The translations under genes were made by a program, and so were the position numbers. 64,000 nt of DNA, from contig CAVSKY010000006.1 in assembly GCA_963728745.1 (NCBI GenBank), positions 673,030 through 737,029 on the forward strand, written 5' to 3'. The number at the start of each line of letters is the position of its first letter. Within the stretch, counting starts at the first letter, position 1. The stretch comes from an uncultured Chloroflexia bacterium. GTDB taxonomy: Bacteria; Chloroflexota; Limnocylindria; Limnocylindrales; CSP1-4. A model generated the notes under the pieces. It saw nothing but the letters and a program-made list of their open reading frames with translations, was not told the origin of the DNA and did not search any database. Below are positions 46,886 through 56,547 of the stretch, in pieces.

Positions 46886-48178
46886 TCAGCGGGCGCTGTC
46901 GTCCCTGCGGACCACGGCACGCGCCGGGGTCAGCATGAGGACGGCGGTCAGCACGCCGGCCATGGCCAGGAGGATGAGCCGCCAGCTGTCGCCGGCGGGG
47001 GCCGTCGGGCCCGCCACGTCCAGGGTGTCGGTGGCCGGCAGGGTCGCACGCGGCGTCCCGGTCACACCCCCGACGCCACCCGTGGGCGTGGGCTGGCTTT
47101 CAGGCGAGTTATCGACGATCACGATGGTCCAGCTGAGCTGCGAGACGTCACCCTCGTTGGGTTCGCACTCGATGAGCCCGCCGAAGTCCCAGATACAGGT
47201 CACTGATAGATCGATGTTGAGCTCGACGAGGATCGGGTCCGTGCCGACGAAGCCGGCCGGGACGACGGTCTCGACGATCCAGTACATGCCGCCATCGAGC
47301 AGATCGGTGTCGAGCATCCCGCCCGGCGCAGCCGCCGGACCGAAGACGAGCTCGTCCTGGTCGGTCTCGAAGACCTCGTCACCGTCATCGGCCCACACCT
47401 CGAACGTAGCGCCATCGAGCGCGTCGTCGTCGGCGGGATCGGCGGTGCCCTTGTTGTCGACCTTGGCGATCAGGATGCTGGCCTGGCGCGGCTCCTCGGT
47501 CGGGGCCGGCGTTGGGGTCGGCGTCGCACCCGGCGGGGTCGGCGTCGGCGTGGGCGTGGGCTCAGGCGTGGGCGTGGGCTCAGGCGTGGGCGTGGGCTCA
47601 GGCGTAGGCGTGGGCTCAGGCGTAGGCGTGGGCTCAGGCGTAGGCGTGGGCGTGGGATCAGGGGTCGGCGTCGGCGTCGCCTGGATCGGCGCATCGAAGC
47701 AGAACGAGATGTGGCTGATGCCGTTGCCGCTGCCGTCCTGGGGCTCGAGTTCGGTATCGCCCATGGACTCGGTGGCGCCGGCAGTCGCCGCATACACGTA
47801 TAGCTGATGCTTGGACGATCCGGCCTTCACGAAGACCGCGTCGATGCCGAAGGTCGACGACCAGTCGAAGCTGCCGGGCTCACCGGAGTCCGACTGCTCG
47901 AAGTTCGACACTGTGATGGTCCCGAAGCCGGCCACGTTGATCGTGCCGTTCTTGGGCGGATCCGACTTGACTTCCTGCCACGGCTGGCCACCGCCATGCG
48001 TCGCGGCGAAGGTCGCGCAGGTCGGGTTGCCGCTGTTGATGGCGATCGGGTTGACCGATGCAGCCAGCACAGGCGCGGCCGATGGCGCCAGCAGCGCCGC
48101 CGTCGTGAGGGAGAGCACGGCCAGCCACGACAAGCGGCGGGCCAGGCGCGGTCGCGCGCCAAAACAAGCAGACGTCAT
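46886..48178 (-). CDS. secreted two-domain surface protein, paralog 4 (N-terminal beta domain + SpaA/Cna-B-like prealbumin-fold domain), conserved C-terminal module
   Basis: ATG 48178 after GGGGACC. Signal [40 protein letters not shown]. Domain 1 ends in [11 protein letters not shown] linker. Domain 2 ([10 protein letters not shown]...[13 protein letters not shown]...[14 protein letters not shown]) resembles Gram-positive SpaA/Cna-B-type domains. Tail [66 protein letters not shown]. Confidence 0.85.
   Translation of the reverse strand: MTSACFGARPRLARRLSWLAVLSLTTAALLAPSAAPVLAASVNPIAINSGNPTCATFAATHGGGQPWQEVKSDPPKNGTINVAGFGTITVSNFEQSDSGEPGSFDWSSTFGIDAVFVKAGSSKHQLYVYAATAGATESMGDTELEPQDGSGNGISHISFCFDAPIQATPTPTPDPTPTPTPEPTPTPEPTPTPEPTPTPEPTPTPEPTPTPTPTPPGATPTPTPAPTEEPRQASILIAKVDNKGTADPADDDALDGATFEVWADDGDEVFETDQDELVFGPAAAPGGMLDTDLLDGGMYWIVETVVPAGFVGTDPILVELNIDLSVTCIWDFGGLIECEPNEGDVSQLSWTIVIVDNSPESQPTPTGGVGGVTGTPRATLPATDTLDVAGPTAPAGDSWRLILLAMAGVLTAVLMLTPARAVVRRDDSAR
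47547..47660 (-). repeat. near-perfect 18-bp tandem repeat (about 6 units) encoding the (PTPTPE)n linker of paralog 4
   Basis: Plus-strand unit ggcgt[g/a]ggcgtgggctca is repeated head to tail from 47547. Similar but less regular repeats lie in paralog 3 (about 46255-46390) and in the kinase tail (about 20140-20225). Confidence 0.85.
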
Positions 48179-48304
48179 GTGACGGTCCCCGAGCGGAGGC
48201 AAGTGCCTCGATTGAGTGGTCCCCCGTCGGTGGCTTTCCCGAAGGTCGTCCGTGCACCGACTGAGGCCGGGATATTCCCATGGCAGTCCTAGCCGGTCTA
48301 GTAC
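48179..48304 (-). promoter_or_regulatory. conserved 5' leader region, copy 3 (paralog 4)
   Basis: GTACTAGAC (48296-48304), CCATGGGAATATCC (48270-48283), hairpin GAGGC-ACTT-GCCTC (48196-48209) and GGGGACC (48184-48190). The block CGTCGCAACGAA lies further upstream at about 48361-48372. Confidence 0.5.
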
Positions 48305-48475
48305 CTGTGGCGACCGGCAACCGCACCGTTCCGTCATCAACCGCCCACGAGACGCCGATTTCGTTGCGACGCGGCAACGATGGGTACTCCCAGTACCCCA
48401 GGACGCACGGGCCAGGACCCGCACCGGTACGATGGGCGCCCCTCCAAACGTCCACATCGGAGGTCCGACGCCGCC

Positions 48476-50194
48476 GTGATCCCGCCGCCACTGCGCACGC
48501 AAGTCCGCGACGCGGTCCGGCGCGCCTGGGACAAGGCCATCGACGACGGAGCGTTCGCCAAGCCCGCGGACGACGACAGCAGACCGGACGTCGAGGTCGA
48601 GCATCCAGCGGATCCGGAGCATGGGGATCTGGCGAGCAACCTGGCACTCAAGCTCGCCCGCCCCTACCGCAAGCCGCCGCTCGAGATCGCGACGTTGCTG
48701 GCGGCCAAGCTCGTGCGCGAAGGGAGCGCCGATGGGTCGTCCTCGCCTGTCGAGGCGGTCGAGGTCGCACCGCCGGGCTTCCTGAACATCCGGATCAAGC
48801 CAGAAGCGCTCGAGACGATCGTGGACGGGATCCTGGCTTCGCCCGATGCCTGGGGGCGGGTCGATCCGGTCGAACCCCGCGCGGTCAACGTGGAGTTCGT
48901 GTCAGCCAACCCGACGGGACCGCTCACGGTCGGCAACGCCAGGGGGGCCTTCATCGGCGACCTGCTGAGCCGCGTGCTCGAGGCAGGCGGACAGCGCGTC
49001 ACGCGCGAGTACTACTTCAACGACGTCGGCGGCCAGATCCCGAACCTCGGCGCATCGATCGTGGCGATCCGACGCGGCGAGGCTATCCCGGACGATGGCT
49101 ACCACGGCGGGTACGTGGAGGAGCTCGCGACGAGCGTGCCCGACGACGTGTGGGCGGAGGCGATGTCCGGCGAGGCTGATCCCGCGGCGATCGTCGGCCA
49201 CTGGGCTGCGGGTCTCGTCCGCGAAGGGATCGAGGCGAGCCTCGAGCGCCTCGGCGTCCACTTCGACGTCTGGACGACCGAAGCGTCACTGCACGACGGT
49301 GGCTGGGTCGAGCGCGCCGTCGAGCGACTCCGGGAGCGAGGCCACGTCTACGAGGACGACGGCGCTGTGTGGTTCCGCTCGACCGACTTCGGCGACGACA
49401 AGGATCGGGTGATCTATCGGTCCAACGGCCAGCCGACCTACTTCGCTGCGGACATCGGCTACGTGACCGAGAAGTTCAGCCGCGGGTTCGATCATCTGAT
49501 CTACATCTGGGGCGCCGACCACCACGGGACGGTCGCCCGAGTACGCAACGCGGCGCGGGCGATGGGCTACGACCCAGCCCGAGTGCAGATGCACCTGTAC
49601 TCGTGGGTGCGCTTCGTGCGCGATGGCGTCGAGGTGTCGATGTCCAAGCGCGCCGGCGAGTTCGTGACGCTCGACGAGGTCCTGTCCGAGGTCGGGGTCG
49701 ATGCTGCGCGCTGGTTCTTCGCCTCCCGCGGCGCGACATCCGCCATCGACTTCGACATCGAGCAGATGCGCGGTCATCGAGAAGCGCTCGAACAGGGTCA
49801 CTACGAGGAGGCCAGCAAGAACCCGGTCTACTACGTCCAGTACGCCCATGCACGCATCGCATCGATCCTGCGAAAGGCGAGCGACAGCGGTCTTGTGCCC
49901 GCAGAAACGGTCGCCGGCACGCTGGCGGCCGGACCGGAGGCGGCGCTCGCCCGCGCCATCGTGCGATTCCCGGAGGTCGTGGAGGACGCGGTGACGGCCG
50001 AGGAGACACAGGGCATCACCGGCTACGCGACGGAGCTGGCGACGGCGTTCCACGCCTTCTACCGCGACGCACGCGTGGTCGATCCTGCCGAGCCGCAGCG
50101 GTCGGCCGCACGCCTCGCGCTCGCGCGCACGGCCCAGATCACGCTCGCCCGGACGCTCGATCTGCTCGGGATCTCGGCGCCCGAGTCGATGTAG
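48476..50194 (+). CDS. argS: arginine--tRNA ligase
   Basis: Class I signatures [15 protein letters not shown] (HIGH-like) and [10 protein letters not shown] (KMSK-like), with a DALR anticodon-binding C-terminus. GTG 48476 (GGAGG 12 nt upstream) is preferred over ATG 48380, which adds an Arg/Pro-rich extension. Confidence 0.92.
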   Translation: MIPPPLRTQVRDAVRRAWDKAIDDGAFAKPADDDSRPDVEVEHPADPEHGDLASNLALKLARPYRKPPLEIATLLAAKLVREGSADGSSSPVEAVEVAPPGFLNIRIKPEALETIVDGILASPDAWGRVDPVEPRAVNVEFVSANPTGPLTVGNARGAFIGDLLSRVLEAGGQRVTREYYFNDVGGQIPNLGASIVAIRRGEAIPDDGYHGGYVEELATSVPDDVWAEAMSGEADPAAIVGHWAAGLVREGIEASLERLGVHFDVWTTEASLHDGGWVERAVERLRERGHVYEDDGAVWFRSTDFGDDKDRVIYRSNGQPTYFAADIGYVTEKFSRGFDHLIYIWGADHHGTVARVRNAARAMGYDPARVQMHLYSWVRFVRDGVEVSMSKRAGEFVTLDEVLSEVGVDAARWFFASRGATSAIDFDIEQMRGHREALEQGHYEEASKNPVYYVQYAHARIASILRKASDSGLVPAETVAGTLAAGPEAALARAIVRFPEVVEDAVTAEETQGITGYATELATAFHAFYRDARVVDPAEPQRSAARLALARTAQITLARTLDLLGISAPESM

Positions 50195-50226
50195 GGCGGG
50201 CGCCCGGCGGGGGCCGGGGGCGCGGG

Positions 50227-51505
50227 CTAGCCGGCCAGGCCGAGCACGTTCGCGACCTTGGTCAGCGTGGGGTCGTCGCTGCCGATCACGACCCAGCGGG
50301 TCGTGCCGCCTTCGCCGGGGAGCACCGAGCCGGGACCCCCAGCCGTGCCGACGGCGGTCTCGGCTGTGACCGCGAACTCCTCGGCATCACCATCGGTGTC
50401 CCACGCGGTCCGCCAGGCGATGGCCCACGCGTCACTCGGCCCAGCGAGGACCGCGATCCGGTCGCCGCCCCAACCGGCGGCCGCGTCGGCCGCCGCGGCG
50501 ATCGACGGCGCGCCGAGCCAGATCCCGATCTGGTGCTCGCCCATCGTGTTCTCCTGCACCAGGGACCAGCCGGTCCCCATGCTGGTCGCGAGGTCGTCCG
50601 GCAGATCGACCTCGACCGGTGCCTCGCCGCTTTCGTACTTCTGGGGATGGAGGATCTGCTCGGTCGATTCGGGCATGTCGCCGAAGGCGGTGTCGATGGC
50701 CGCCCAACCGCCTGACAGTTGGAGCTGCTGCACGAAGAGCGTGCCCTGGATCGCCGAGAACAGGATCTGCGACTGGACGATCGGCGGAATGCGATCCAGG
50801 GCCGCCTGCAGCTCGGGGTCGCTCGACGCCTGGAGGACCTGCGCGAACTCCTCGCTGGTCAGGTGCTGCTGGAGCCAGAGCGTCATGAGGATGTAGGCGT
50901 CACCTTCGACGAGCGACTGGCGGGCGAGGAGTCGATCGGACTGGTCCTCGAGCCCATCGGTGACGGCCTCCAGGTCGAAGTGCTGATCCTGCAGGGCGTG
51001 GTCGTACTCGTGCGAGTAGTAGACCCGCTCGACCGGCGCCGACGCCACCCTCCTTCGAGACGACGTACAGCTTCTCCGCGGCCGGGTCGTAGAGGCCGGC
51101 CACCTGGCTCTCGAGGAGGTCGACGAAGATGGCCTCCAGATCGGCGTCCTGGGTGATGAGCCCGAGTCCCTTGTAGAGCATCTCGTCGGCGGCCACCTGC
51201 GCGGGCGGGTAGTCCTGGTCGAAGGTCGTGCGGATGACCTCCGAGAGCTCTTCCGTCGACAGGATGGTCGGTGTGACCGGCTTCTTCTCTTCCAGCCCGC
51301 GGATGGCCCGCACTTGCTGATTGACCTCGGCGTAGACCGCGTCGAAGCCCGCGGATCCCGACGTCGTCGGAGCTGGCGAAGCCGACGCGGTGGGGCCCGA
51401 GCTGGGACTCGGGCTCGGCGACGAGGGCGCGTTGCCGCACGCGGTCGCGATGAGCACCGAGATGGCGATCAGGGTGATCGATCGGTGACGGGATGGTCGA
51501 GTCAT
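50227..51505 (-). pseudogene. secreted lipoprotein Zn-metalloprotease (HExxH), +1 frame disruption
   Basis: The N-terminal part (signal plus lipobox LIATAC, ...AAEKLYVVSKEG) continues one base later as VASAPVERVYYSHEYDHALQDQHF... (HEYDH). The junction is at about 51043-51052, at a GGG/CCC run. Confidence 0.8.
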
Positions 51506-51650
51506 GGCGCGATTGTCACACGCGCTCGATATCGAGCCCGGTCGGGCCCCGATGTCGCTTTCTTAACCGGTTGACGGCTCGATCATGAATCAGGGACCCC
51601 TAGCGTAGCGATCGGACGAACCCTCAGGGTTCCATCCTCCCTCCCTCCGA

Positions 51651-51694
51651 CCGGGGGCGCCGATTGGGCAGGCGCTCCCGGTCTTTCTGTGTGT
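51651..51694 (+). terminator. plus-strand intrinsic-terminator-like hairpin in the intergenic region
   Basis: CCGGGGGCGCC-loop9-GGCGCTCCCGG (11 bp including one G-U) followed by TCTTTCTGTGTGT. It is preceded by hairpin GAACCC-TCA-GGGTTC (51618-51632) and a CCTCCCTCCCTCC tract. Confidence 0.5.
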
Positions 51695-51739
51695 CCGCGG
51701 TGAGCGCCCGTGCATCGCGCTATGTCAGAATCGCGACCG

Positions 51740-52420
51740 ATGGAGATGACCTGGTACGGCCGGACGTGCGTCCGGTTGCGCGGCAAGGATGCCGTCGTGG
51801 TGGCCGACCCCTACCAGTCGGTCGTGGGGCCGACGGGACGAGGGATCACCGGCGATGTCGTCACGTTCAGCCACGCGGACGACGCGCCGGTCGCTCGCGG
51901 AAAGCCCAAGGGCAAGGTGTCGCGCGATGGGGCGACACTCGTGCCATCGAGCCTCGATGAGGCATTCGTGCTCGATGGCCCCGGCGAGTACGAGGTCAAG
52001 GAAGTCCTCGTCACCGGCGTGCGGACGTACCGCGATGACGCTCGCGGCGCGGAGCACGGCAAGGGCGTCTCATTCGTGGTCGAGGTCGACGGCATCCACA
52101 CCATCCATCTCGGCGAGATCGGCCATCTGCTGTCGGAGGAGAAGCTGGGGGATATCGGCCCGGTCGACATCGCCTGCGTACCGCTCGGCGGGGTCCTCAG
52201 CCCGACCAAGGCTGCGGCGCTCATGGCGCAGCTCGACCCCAAGATCGTCGTTCCGATGCCGATCTGCGAGGACGAGCGTGACTGCGCCGAGGCGCTCGCC
52301 AAGTTCTTCCACGAGATGGGCGCGGAGCCTGTCACGCAGCCGAAGCTGTCGGTCACCGCGTCAAGCCTCCCCGCCGAGACCATGACCGTCCTCTTGGAGT
52401 CCCGCGGCAAGCAGGCGTAG
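51740..52420 (+). CDS. MBL-fold metal-dependent hydrolase (UlaG-like small family)
   Basis: MEMTWYGRTCVRLRGKDAVVVADPY...VVTFSHAD...IHTIHLGEIGH... The start could be 51710, 51722 or 51740. Confidence 0.78.
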   Translation: MEMTWYGRTCVRLRGKDAVVVADPYQSVVGPTGRGITGDVVTFSHADDAPVARGKPKGKVSRDGATLVPSSLDEAFVLDGPGEYEVKEVLVTGVRTYRDDARGAEHGKGVSFVVEVDGIHTIHLGEIGHLLSEEKLGDIGPVDIACVPLGGVLSPTKAAALMAQLDPKIVVPMPICEDERDCAEALAKFFHEMGAEPVTQPKLSVTASSLPAETMTVLLESRGKQA

Positions 52421-52427
52421 GGAACCC

Positions 52428-53792
52428 TCAGGGTCGATCAAGCACCACGCGGCCGCGCTTGATGACGGTCCGCACCAGGTCGGCGCCCGGGTGATACGGG
52501 ATGCGCGCGGTGGTCGGGACCCGCCAGATCACGACGTCGGCCGCCTTGCCGACTTCGATCGAGCCGATCTCGTCCTCGAGCCCGAGGGCACGCGCGGCGT
52601 TGATGGTCACCGCGGCGAGGACCTCGTCGGGTGACATCGCGAGATTGATGCAGGCGAACGACATCGCGAGCGTCAGGTTGGGCGTCGGCGACGTACCCGG
52701 ATTGAAGTCCGTGCCGATGGCGACCGGGACGCCGGCCTGGATGAACGCTCGCGCCGGGGCATGGTGGTCCTTGAGCAGGAACCAGGTGGTCACCGGTAGC
52801 AGGGTGGCGACCACAGGTTCGCCGCCGTCGGCCGCGGCTCCCATCGCGGCGATGCCGTCGATGGACGGCGTGGCGAGGTGATCGGCGGACGCCGCACCCA
52901 GCTCGGCCGCCAGCTCGGCTCCGCCCGACGGCGCGAGCTCGTCCGCATGGAGCCGCGGGGCGAGCCCGAACGCCCGCGCCGCCTCGAGGATGCGGCGCGA
53001 CTGGTCGGCGCTGAACACGCCCTCCTCGCAGAAGACGTCGGCGAACCGTGCTCGACCGTGCGCGGCGATCCCGGGGAGCTGTTCGTCGAGCAGGTGGCGG
53101 ACGTAGGCCTCGGTCCCGTCCGGTCGCGAGCGGAACTCGGGTGGGACGGCGTGCGCCCCGAGCCACGTGGGCACGACGTCGATCGGGCCTTCGCGTCCGA
53201 GTCGGTGCGCGACGTCGACGAGACGGAGCTCCGTCTCGAGGTCGAGGCCGTAGCCGGATTTCGCCTCGATCGTGGTGACGCCGTGGGTGAGCATCTCGTC
53301 GAGCCAGCGCCGGCCGTGGGTGAGCAGCCCCGCCTCCGATGTCGCCCGGGTCGCGGCCACCGTCGAGAGGATCCCGCCACCGGCCGCGAGGATGTCGAGA
53401 TACGACGCGCCCCCCTGGCGAAGCACGAGCTCGCCCTCGCGCGAGCCCGCGAACAGCAGGTGGGTGTGCGGGTCGATCAGGCCGGGGGTGACTGCCCCGC
53501 CGGCCGCATCGAGCCTGGCGAATCGCGCGAGCGGAAGACCGTCTGCGGTGAGCGATGCCTCGACCGCCGCTCGCGGCCCGACCGCGGCGATTCGCCCCTC
53601 CCAGATGGCGACGGCCGGCGCCTCCGCGCTCGCCGGATCCTCTGCGATGAGCCGCGCCAGCTCGCCCTGCTCGGCACCGCGGCGGACACCGCCGGCGAGC
53701 GTCGCGATCTCCTGGGCGCCGACGATGAGGAGGCCCGGGGTCGGCTCGCCGGTCCGGCCGCCCTCGATGACCCGGAACGGCCCGCCGCTCAC
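52428..53792 (-). CDS. hutI: imidazolonepropionase
   Basis: Amidohydrolase motifs GLIDPHTHLLFAG, EAKSGYGL, LHADEL and GTDFNPG. GTG 53792 overlaps the upstream stop (GTGA). Confidence 0.92.
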   Translation of the reverse strand: MSGGPFRVIEGGRTGEPTPGLLIVGAQEIATLAGGVRRGAEQGELARLIAEDPASAEAPAVAIWEGRIAAVGPRAAVEASLTADGLPLARFARLDAAGGAVTPGLIDPHTHLLFAGSREGELVLRQGGASYLDILAAGGGILSTVAATRATSEAGLLTHGRRWLDEMLTHGVTTIEAKSGYGLDLETELRLVDVAHRLGREGPIDVVPTWLGAHAVPPEFRSRPDGTEAYVRHLLDEQLPGIAAHGRARFADVFCEEGVFSADQSRRILEAARAFGLAPRLHADELAPSGGAELAAELGAASADHLATPSIDGIAAMGAAADGGEPVVATLLPVTTWFLLKDHHAPARAFIQAGVPVAIGTDFNPGTSPTPNLTLAMSFACINLAMSPDEVLAAVTINAARALGLEDEIGSIEVGKAADVVIWRVPTTARIPYHPGADLVRTVIKRGRVVLDRP

Positions 53793-54799
53793 GACGTCGC
53801 CGGTCCGTCGCCTCGAGCGGCTCCGACGGAACCTGCCCGCACGGCGTCGAGCCGCGATTCGAGGATCTGCATCGGCGAGTAGTCGCGCAGCCGGATGTAG
53901 TCGGCCGCGGCGGCCAGCCGCGCCTCGCGGGGTTCGCCGCCCGGGATGCCCGCGTGGTCGGCCACGGCAAGGAACGACGCCTCTGGCGCCAGCCCGATCA
54001 ACTCCGACTCGGCCAGCCGCACGCCGTCCTCCGCTGCGAGATCCCGCACGGCGTCCCAGACGAGCCACAGCGGCGTGACCTGGAAGTCCAGCAGGTTCAT
54101 CGACACCTGCGCCCGGAGGGGATGGCCACGCTCGGGTTCGCGGACCTCGAACCCATTGGCCTGCAGCTTGGGCAACCCGCCGCCGGACTCACGTACGCGG
54201 CGGGCGATGCGCTTGGCGAGGTCGATATCGTCGGACTCGAGGTTGATGTTGTAGGCGATGAGGAACGGCCGGGCGCCGACCGCGACGGCACCGGCGGATG
54301 GGTGGAGCTGGGCCGGGCCGAAGTCGGGTTCACGGCCGCGCTGCTCGATCTCGGCCTTCAGCCCCTCATATTGACCGCGCCTGACGTCCGCCAGACGCTC
54401 GCGGTCCGGCCGAACGGCCGCCTGGGCGTACAGATAGACCGGCAGCGCGAATCGGTTCGCGATCCGCTCACCGAACCCGCGGGCGAGGTCGACGACTGCG
54501 TCCATCGTGGTCGTTCCCAACGGGATGAAGGGGATGACGTCGACCGCGCCGATCCGGGGATGCTCGCCCTCGTGGACGTCCATGTCGATCTCGTGGATCG
54601 CGGCAGCAACGAGCCGCTCGAGCGCATCGGTGACCGCGCCATCCTCACCGGCCATCGTGAAGACCGAGCGGTTGTGGCTCGCATCGCTCGTCCGATCGAG
54701 CAAGGCGACGCCGGGCGCGGCGGCGATGGCCTCGGCGAGCCGGTCGACGACGTCGAGGCGACGGCCCTCGGAGACGTTCGGGACCGATTCGACCAACAC
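53789..54799 (-). CDS. ftcD: glutamate formimidoyltransferase (formiminotransferase domain only)
   Basis: N-terminus MLVESVPNVSEGRRLDVV is typical of the formiminotransferase family. 336 aa, with no cyclodeaminase domain. Lies between hutU and hutI. Confidence 0.88.
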   Translation of the reverse strand: MLVESVPNVSEGRRLDVVDRLAEAIAAAPGVALLDRTSDASHNRSVFTMAGEDGAVTDALERLVAAAIHEIDMDVHEGEHPRIGAVDVIPFIPLGTTTMDAVVDLARGFGERIANRFALPVYLYAQAAVRPDRERLADVRRGQYEGLKAEIEQRGREPDFGPAQLHPSAGAVAVGARPFLIAYNINLESDDIDLAKRIARRVRESGGGLPKLQANGFEVREPERGHPLRAQVSMNLLDFQVTPLWLVWDAVRDLAAEDGVRLAESELIGLAPEASFLAVADHAGIPGGEPREARLAAAADYIRLRDYSPMQILESRLDAVRAGSVGAARGDGPATS

Positions 54800-54865
54800 G
54801 GGATGATGCTACTCGGGGCTGGTCGACCCCGAGCAGCATCCCCGACCGGTGTGCCCGGTCAGGGG

Positions 54866-56536
54866 TCAACCCTCCGGGAGCATGGGCACCCGGACGCCGC
54901 GCTCGCGAGCGACGTCGATCGCCCGCTCGTAGCCAGCGTCGACGTGGCGAAGGACGCCCATCGCGGGGTCCGTCGTCAGGACGCGCTCCAGTTTCTGGGC
55001 GGCGAGTGGCGTGCCATCGGCGACGACCACCATGCCGGCGTGTTGCGAGTAGCCGATCCCGACGCCGCCACCATGGTGGATCGATACCCACGACGCGCCT
55101 GCTGCCGTGTTGACCAGGGCGTTGAGCAGCGGCCAGTCGGCGACCGCGTCGGTGCCGTCGGCCATCGCCTCGGTCTCCCGGTTGGGTGATGCGACCGAAC
55201 CCGCGTCGAGATGATCGCGCCCGATGACGATGGGCGCCGAGACCTCGCCACTGGCGACGAGCTCGTTGAATGCCAGCCCGGCCTTCGACCGCTCACCGTA
55301 GCCAAGCCAGCAGATGCGCGCCGGCAGACCCTGGAAGGGCACCCGCTCCTGTGCCATCTCGATCCAGCGACGGAGCCCGGCATCATCCGGGAAGAGCTCG
55401 AGGACCGCCTGATCCGTTCGGGCGATATCGGCCGGGTCACCCGACAACGCAGCCCAGCGGAACGGGCCGCGTCCCTCGCAGAACTGGGGCCGGATGAAGG
55501 CGGGCACGAAGCCCGGGTAGTCGAAGGCGTCGGCGACGCCGGCCTCCTGCGCCTGGGCGCGCAGGTTGTTGCCGTAGTCGAAGACAACCGCACCCGCGCG
55601 CTTGAAGGCGAGCATCGCGCGGACGTGGGAAGCCATGGCGGCCCGCGCGCGCCGCTGGTACTCGTCCGGCTGCGTGTCCCGGAGTGTCATCGCATCGGCG
55701 AGCGAGATCTCGGCCGGGACATAGCCGCCCAGCGCGTCGTGGGCGCTCGTCTGGTCGGTGACGAGATCGAAGCGCTCCCCTGCGGCAGCCCATGCCGGCT
55801 CGATCTCCGCGGCGTTGCCCACCAGCGCGATCGAGAGGGCCTCACCAGTGCCCGCAGCGGCGCGTGCCCAGGCCAGGCTCTCGGCGGGATCTTGGGTCAG
55901 TCGATCGACGTAGCCGATCTCGACCCGCCGGCGCGCCCTCGCCTCGTCGACCTCGATCGCGAGACAGACGCCTTCGTTCATCGTCACCGCGAGCGGCTGG
56001 GCACCGCCCATACCGCCCAGCCCGGCGGTCAGCGTGACCGTCCCCCGCAGCGTGCCGCCGAAGTGCTGGCGAGCCGCCTCCGCGAATGTCTCGTAGGTGC
56101 CCTGCAGGATGCCTTGCGTCCCGATGTAGATCCAGGAGCCGGCCGTCATCTGGCCGTACATCATCAGCCCGGCCCGCTCCAGCTCGCGGAAGTGATCCCA
56201 GGTGGCCCACTTGCCGACCAGGTTCGAGTTGGCGATGAGGACGCGCGGCGCCCACTCGTGGGTTCGCAGCACGCCGACCGGCTTGCCGCTCTGGATGAGC
56301 AGCGTCTCGTCGTCGGCAAGGGCGCGCAGCTCCCGGACGATGGCGTCGAACGCGTCCCAGCTCCGCGCAGCGCGCCCGGTCCCGCCGTAGACGACGAGCT
56401 GGTCTGGGTCCTCGGCCACGTCGGGGTCGAGGTTGTTCATCAGCATCCGAAGCGCCGCTTCCTGCGCCCAGCCGCGGCAGGACAGCTCCGAGCCGCGCGG
56501 GGCTCGAACGAGCCGCGGGCCGCTCGTCGTCGTCAT
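54866..56536 (-). CDS. hutU: urocanate hydratase
   Basis: 556 aa. [63 protein letters not shown] and [14 protein letters not shown]. Confidence 0.95.
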   Translation of the reverse strand: MTTTSGPRLVRAPRGSELSCRGWAQEAALRMLMNNLDPDVAEDPDQLVVYGGTGRAARSWDAFDAIVRELRALADDETLLIQSGKPVGVLRTHEWAPRVLIANSNLVGKWATWDHFRELERAGLMMYGQMTAGSWIYIGTQGILQGTYETFAEAARQHFGGTLRGTVTLTAGLGGMGGAQPLAVTMNEGVCLAIEVDEARARRRVEIGYVDRLTQDPAESLAWARAAAGTGEALSIALVGNAAEIEPAWAAAGERFDLVTDQTSAHDALGGYVPAEISLADAMTLRDTQPDEYQRRARAAMASHVRAMLAFKRAGAVVFDYGNNLRAQAQEAGVADAFDYPGFVPAFIRPQFCEGRGPFRWAALSGDPADIARTDQAVLELFPDDAGLRRWIEMAQERVPFQGLPARICWLGYGERSKAGLAFNELVASGEVSAPIVIGRDHLDAGSVASPNRETEAMADGTDAVADWPLLNALVNTAAGASWVSIHHGGGVGIGYSQHAGMVVVADGTPLAAQKLERVLTTDPAMGVLRHVDAGYERAIDVARERGVRVPMLPEG

Positions 56537-56547
56537 CGACGGGAAGG

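Noticed and set aside
47547-47660. The regular 18-bp tandem repeats, considered as a CRISPR-like or minisatellite element.
   Set aside because: There are no unique spacers. The repeats are contiguous, in frame and encode the PTPTPE linker of a CDS.
51633-51652. On the minus strand, GGAGGGAGGGAGG followed directly by an ATG, considered as a super-strong RBS for a mini-ORF (Met-Glu-Pro-stop).
   Set aside because: The Shine-Dalgarno-like run abuts the ATG with no spacer, and the ORF is only three codons. The tract is more plausibly read on the plus strand, as part of the hairpin/C-tract/terminator element.
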